From the NCBI GenBank assembly GCA_037445735.1, contig JBBIJY010000039.1, positions 1 through 17,219 on the forward strand: a DNA stretch of 17,219 nt, in the 5' to 3' direction. Source of the stretch: Armatimonadota bacterium. GTDB lineage: Bacteria; Armatimonadota; Fimbriimonadia; Fimbriimonadales; GBS-DC. The first letter of the stretch is position 1; every line of letters begins with the position of its first letter. Positions 14,786-17,219 of the stretch are shown in pieces. A program made the position numbers and the translations under genes. The notes under the pieces are model-generated. The model saw only the letters and a program-made list of their open reading frames with translations, was not told the DNA's origin and made no database searches.

Positions 14786-15634
14786 TTACCACCCTAAAAT
14801 AGGACCGAATGACCGAAGAGCCCTGCGAACGGCTTCAGCTGCTATGCTCAGAGCAGCGGCAATTGTCTCCTTCCAAGCAGGGCTGTTGGCAGCAGCGGCG
14901 ACAGTCGTCGTACCAGCGGTGCCCCCTGCAGTACCGCTGGCGGCTAAGTGAGCTCCTGCTATCCCCCCTGCCATTATAGGGGTCATATCTATAAGCCCTG
15001 GTTCATAGAAGCCACCGCCAAGTGCGGGGGGAATCCATCCTGTGTATCCAGGGTAAGGGATAGGCTCGTTCCACTGAAGCAGTTCATTCGCTTTGGAAAT
15101 ATCGGGGCGAATGTCATTGTTGTCTGGTCCATCACAGTGATCGTACCATTGCTGTAGTCGTTCCTGTAAAGCATTTAATTCTTCAGATATTTTACGATAA
15201 TGTCCGTATGGTTGAGTATAACATGTTTTCCCCGTTTCGCGATCCACAAATGGGTGTGGTTGTTTATCCGCTTCTCGGTCATATTTGGAAATACGCTCAC
15301 TAAGAGATTTTATAAGGTTTTTGATTTTTCGCGCCAAATCTTCGCAGTTCTTTCTGCCCCACCGCTTTTTGTTGGCAGATCTTAGCCCTTCAGGATCTTG
15401 GTAACCCAAAGGCTCATTCCCGCAATACCGATACAGGTTCGGGTCGCCGGAGGCAGCGTCTATCGGGTCTCTCTGCAGCCAGCGGGCGGTGCGGGGGTCA
15501 TACGCACGGGCGCCCACATGATACAAGCCGACCTCAGGTATCCACTCGTACCCATACGCCCCGTTCCAAGTAAAGGGCTGGTGCGTGACGCCAACCCGAT
15601 TAAGCAGGTTCCCCCACGCATGGTGGGTGTACAA
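14786..15634 (-). CDS. Orphan Rhs core plus C-terminal toxin of unassigned type
   Basis: AWGN...PFTWNGAYGYEWIPEVGLYHVGARAYDPRTARWLQRDPI...NLYRYCGNEPLGYQDPEG, then a 199-aa CT (15385-14786). There is no RBS, the TTG start is doubtful and an in-frame TGA lies 7 codons upstream, so it is probably a silent cassette. Confidence 0.8.
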   Translation of the reverse strand: MYTHHAWGNLLNRVGVTHQPFTWNGAYGYEWIPEVGLYHVGARAYDPRTARWLQRDPIDAASGDPNLYRYCGNEPLGYQDPEGLRSANKKRWGRKNCEDLARKIKNLIKSLSERISKYDREADKQPHPFVDRETGKTCYTQPYGHYRKISEELNALQERLQQWYDHCDGPDNNDIRPDISKANELLQWNEPIPYPGYTGWIPPALGGGFYEPGLIDMTPIMAGGIAGAHLAASGTAGGTAGTTTVAAAANSPAWKETIAAALSIAAEAVRRALRSFGPILGW

Positions 15635-15706
15635 ATAGCGATAGAGGGGTCTTGAGTATCAAACAAATCGGTAGGAGCTTTCCCACACCGCTATGTGTAG
15701 GTGTCT

Positions 15707-16375
15707 TTAGACATTTAGGCGACGCTGAAGCGCGATTACCTTATCCTGAAACATAATACCTGCTTCTTCCCTGCTGAGGGCAGCTTTTAGAAACTGTTGA
15801 CAAGCATCTTTATCCCCATGCTGCCAATAAAGAACTGCTAAAATTACAGGAAGCCATACATCATTCGGGTAAATATGCACTCCACCAGGAATCTCTTCGC
15901 GATGATTCCGAAGCCACTCTAAAAACTCTATCACATCAACACGATCTGTAAATTTCCATAAAAAAGGCAATATATAATTCATCAACTCATCTTCAACCTC
16001 GGAACGAACCTCTTCATCCTTTTGTGGCAACATATCTTGTAAAGTCAGTTGCCACGAGCGCTGCAAGAAAGGAGGATGTTGAAATCCTGAAACCCAGCAA
16101 ATAGTCAAGTTGGAAGCATCAGGACATGCTGGTTCTTTTATCTCTGGATGGATCAAGGCAAACACATTCGGCACATAGACACCAAATTCTATCCAAAAAT
16201 CGCAGTCGTCAGCTGTGTTCCAGCGTGAACGCACTACCCTAACCACCCGCCACAACTCAGATAATGGATAGTAAAAACATTGTCCACGACGAAGAAAGCC
16301 GTATTCTTTGAGCACCTGATTGACAAATTTGAGTATAGAACTAAACCGCTCTCTTGGTGTGAGCAAGTGAATCAC
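15707..16375 (-). CDS. Putative cognate immunity protein, DUF4304-like
   Basis: VLKEYGFLRRGQCFY...VVRVVRSRWNT...FWIEFGVY resembles DUF4304. It has a GTGA overlap with the upstream toxin stop and low GC (line 15961 is 22/60 GC). Confidence 0.72.
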   Translation of the reverse strand: MIHLLTPRERFSSILKFVNQVLKEYGFLRRGQCFYYPLSELWRVVRVVRSRWNTADDCDFWIEFGVYVPNVFALIHPEIKEPACPDASNLTICWVSGFQHPPFLQRSWQLTLQDMLPQKDEEVRSEVEDELMNYILPFLWKFTDRVDVIEFLEWLRNHREEIPGGVHIYPNDVWLPVILAVLYWQHGDKDACQQFLKAALSREEAGIMFQDKVIALQRRLNV

Positions 16376-17219
16376 CTCCGTCTTGACTTAATGATTTCTT
16401 TCGAATCCCACAGGATCTCTCCAGTGTTTGGATCATAGTAAATCAGTACGACTTCTTCGCCAGAGGCGTCTGCATATTCCTGTGCTTGCTTCCTACCGCG
16501 CTCCTTGCCCCGTTTGGTGTTGGGCTTGAGTTCCATCGGACGCCCACACTCATCAAAGGCGTCTGCAATATAGTTCGTACCACGTATTCTACCACCTTTA
16601 CTACCGCCGCGCTTTTCTACCTCTTCGGCGAAACGCTTATGCACATCCTTACCTGATTTAGCATAGGGATTATTTCCCGATGTTCGATTCGCGTGCTTCT
16701 TCCCCTGCTCCTGCAAGGCATTCTTAGCTTCTCGTTTTGCAACCTGCTCCGCGCCCTCCTCCACCACCTCCTGAACCACTTTCTTGGCAAGACGACCCGC
16801 CTTCAACACATCCCCACCAAGCGCACTCGCCGCCGAGATGGCAGCGTTCACATAATCCCCCTCCAGCGCATAGCCAATCGCATTCGCCGCATCCGCAAGG
16901 TCGCCAATGACAGGGATGAAGCCAGCGGCATCTAACAGGTCGTGATAGTTCCAGTCGGTGCCTGTAGGGTCAACGAAGTTGATTGGGTCATTCCCTGCAT
17001 ACCAATACAGGTTCGGGTCGCCCGAGGCGGCGTCTATCGGGTCTCTCTGCAGCCAGCGGGCGGTGCGGGGGTCATAGGCGCAGGCGCCCACATGATATAG
17101 CCCTACCTCCGGTATCCACTCATATCCATACGCCCCGTTCCAGGTAAACGGCTGGCGTGTAGTTCCCTCGCGATAACTCAGGTTCCCCCACGCATCATAC
17201 GCATACCGATCCACCACCT
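16372..17219 (-). CDS. Rhs repeat-associated core with pre-toxin linker and restriction-endonuclease-fold (Tox-REase-9-like) C-terminal toxin; frame open at the window edge
   Basis: YAYDAWGN, YDPRTARWLQRDPI, NDPINFVDPTG; linker LDAAGFIPVIGDLADAANAIGYALEGDYVNAA; toxin GKDVH...ADA...ELKPN...G.KQ...Y (PD-(D/E)xK-like). Confidence 0.85.
   Translation of the reverse strand, partial: VVDRYAYDAWGNLSYREGTTRQPFTWNGAYGYEWIPEVGLYHVGACAYDPRTARWLQRDPIDAASGDPNLYWYAGNDPINFVDPTGTDWNYHDLLDAAGFIPVIGDLADAANAIGYALEGDYVNAAISAASALGGDVLKAGRLAKKVVQEVVEEGAEQVAKREAKNALQEQGKKHANRTSGNNPYAKSGKDVHKRFAEEVEKRGGSKGGRIRGTNYIADAFDECGRPMELKPNTKRGKERGRKQAQEYADASGEEVVLIYYDPNTGEILWDSKEIIKSRRR

Noticed and set aside
15682..15701. 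Hairpin CCTACAC-ATAGCG-GTGTGGG after the DUF4304-like gene
   Set aside because: A 7-bp stem with a G-U pair and no U-tract is too weak to call a terminator.
1..17219. tRNA, rRNA, riboswitch, integrase or transposase
   Set aside because: None recognisable by eye. Intergenic gaps are short, and a covariance-model search of 1323-1547 would be needed to fully exclude an RNA element.

Overview
This is a GC-rich bacterial chromosomal window; the gene style suggests Armatimonadota, but that is only an inference. The left ~12.4 kb is mostly housekeeping. It holds a secreted GVxG-repeat protein that runs off the left edge and is missing from the ORF track, two stand-alone LuxR-type HTH proteins and a DUF2637-like membrane/HTH protein. 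It also holds heme A synthase (ctaA), etfAB, a PQQ-dependent sugar dehydrogenase, endonuclease-type mutL, a PP2C phosphatase, a Gfo/Idh/MocA oxidoreductase and an MFS transporter. From ~12.4 kb to the right edge, a lower-GC minus-strand Rhs polymorphic-toxin array carries three copies of the Rhs core tip, one of them a 34-codon remnant. The array has two different toxin C-termini (REase-fold and an unassigned helical Cys/GH domain) and three immunity-type genes. Sub-gene features include tandem CCCTCTCCC/GGGAGAGGG-type palindromes inserted in-frame in the MutL linker and a recurrent (GCG)GGTATAAT-like -10 element. That element sits at leaderless distance from several starts, including one immunity gene. 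Domain names come from motif recognition by eye, not from database searches.
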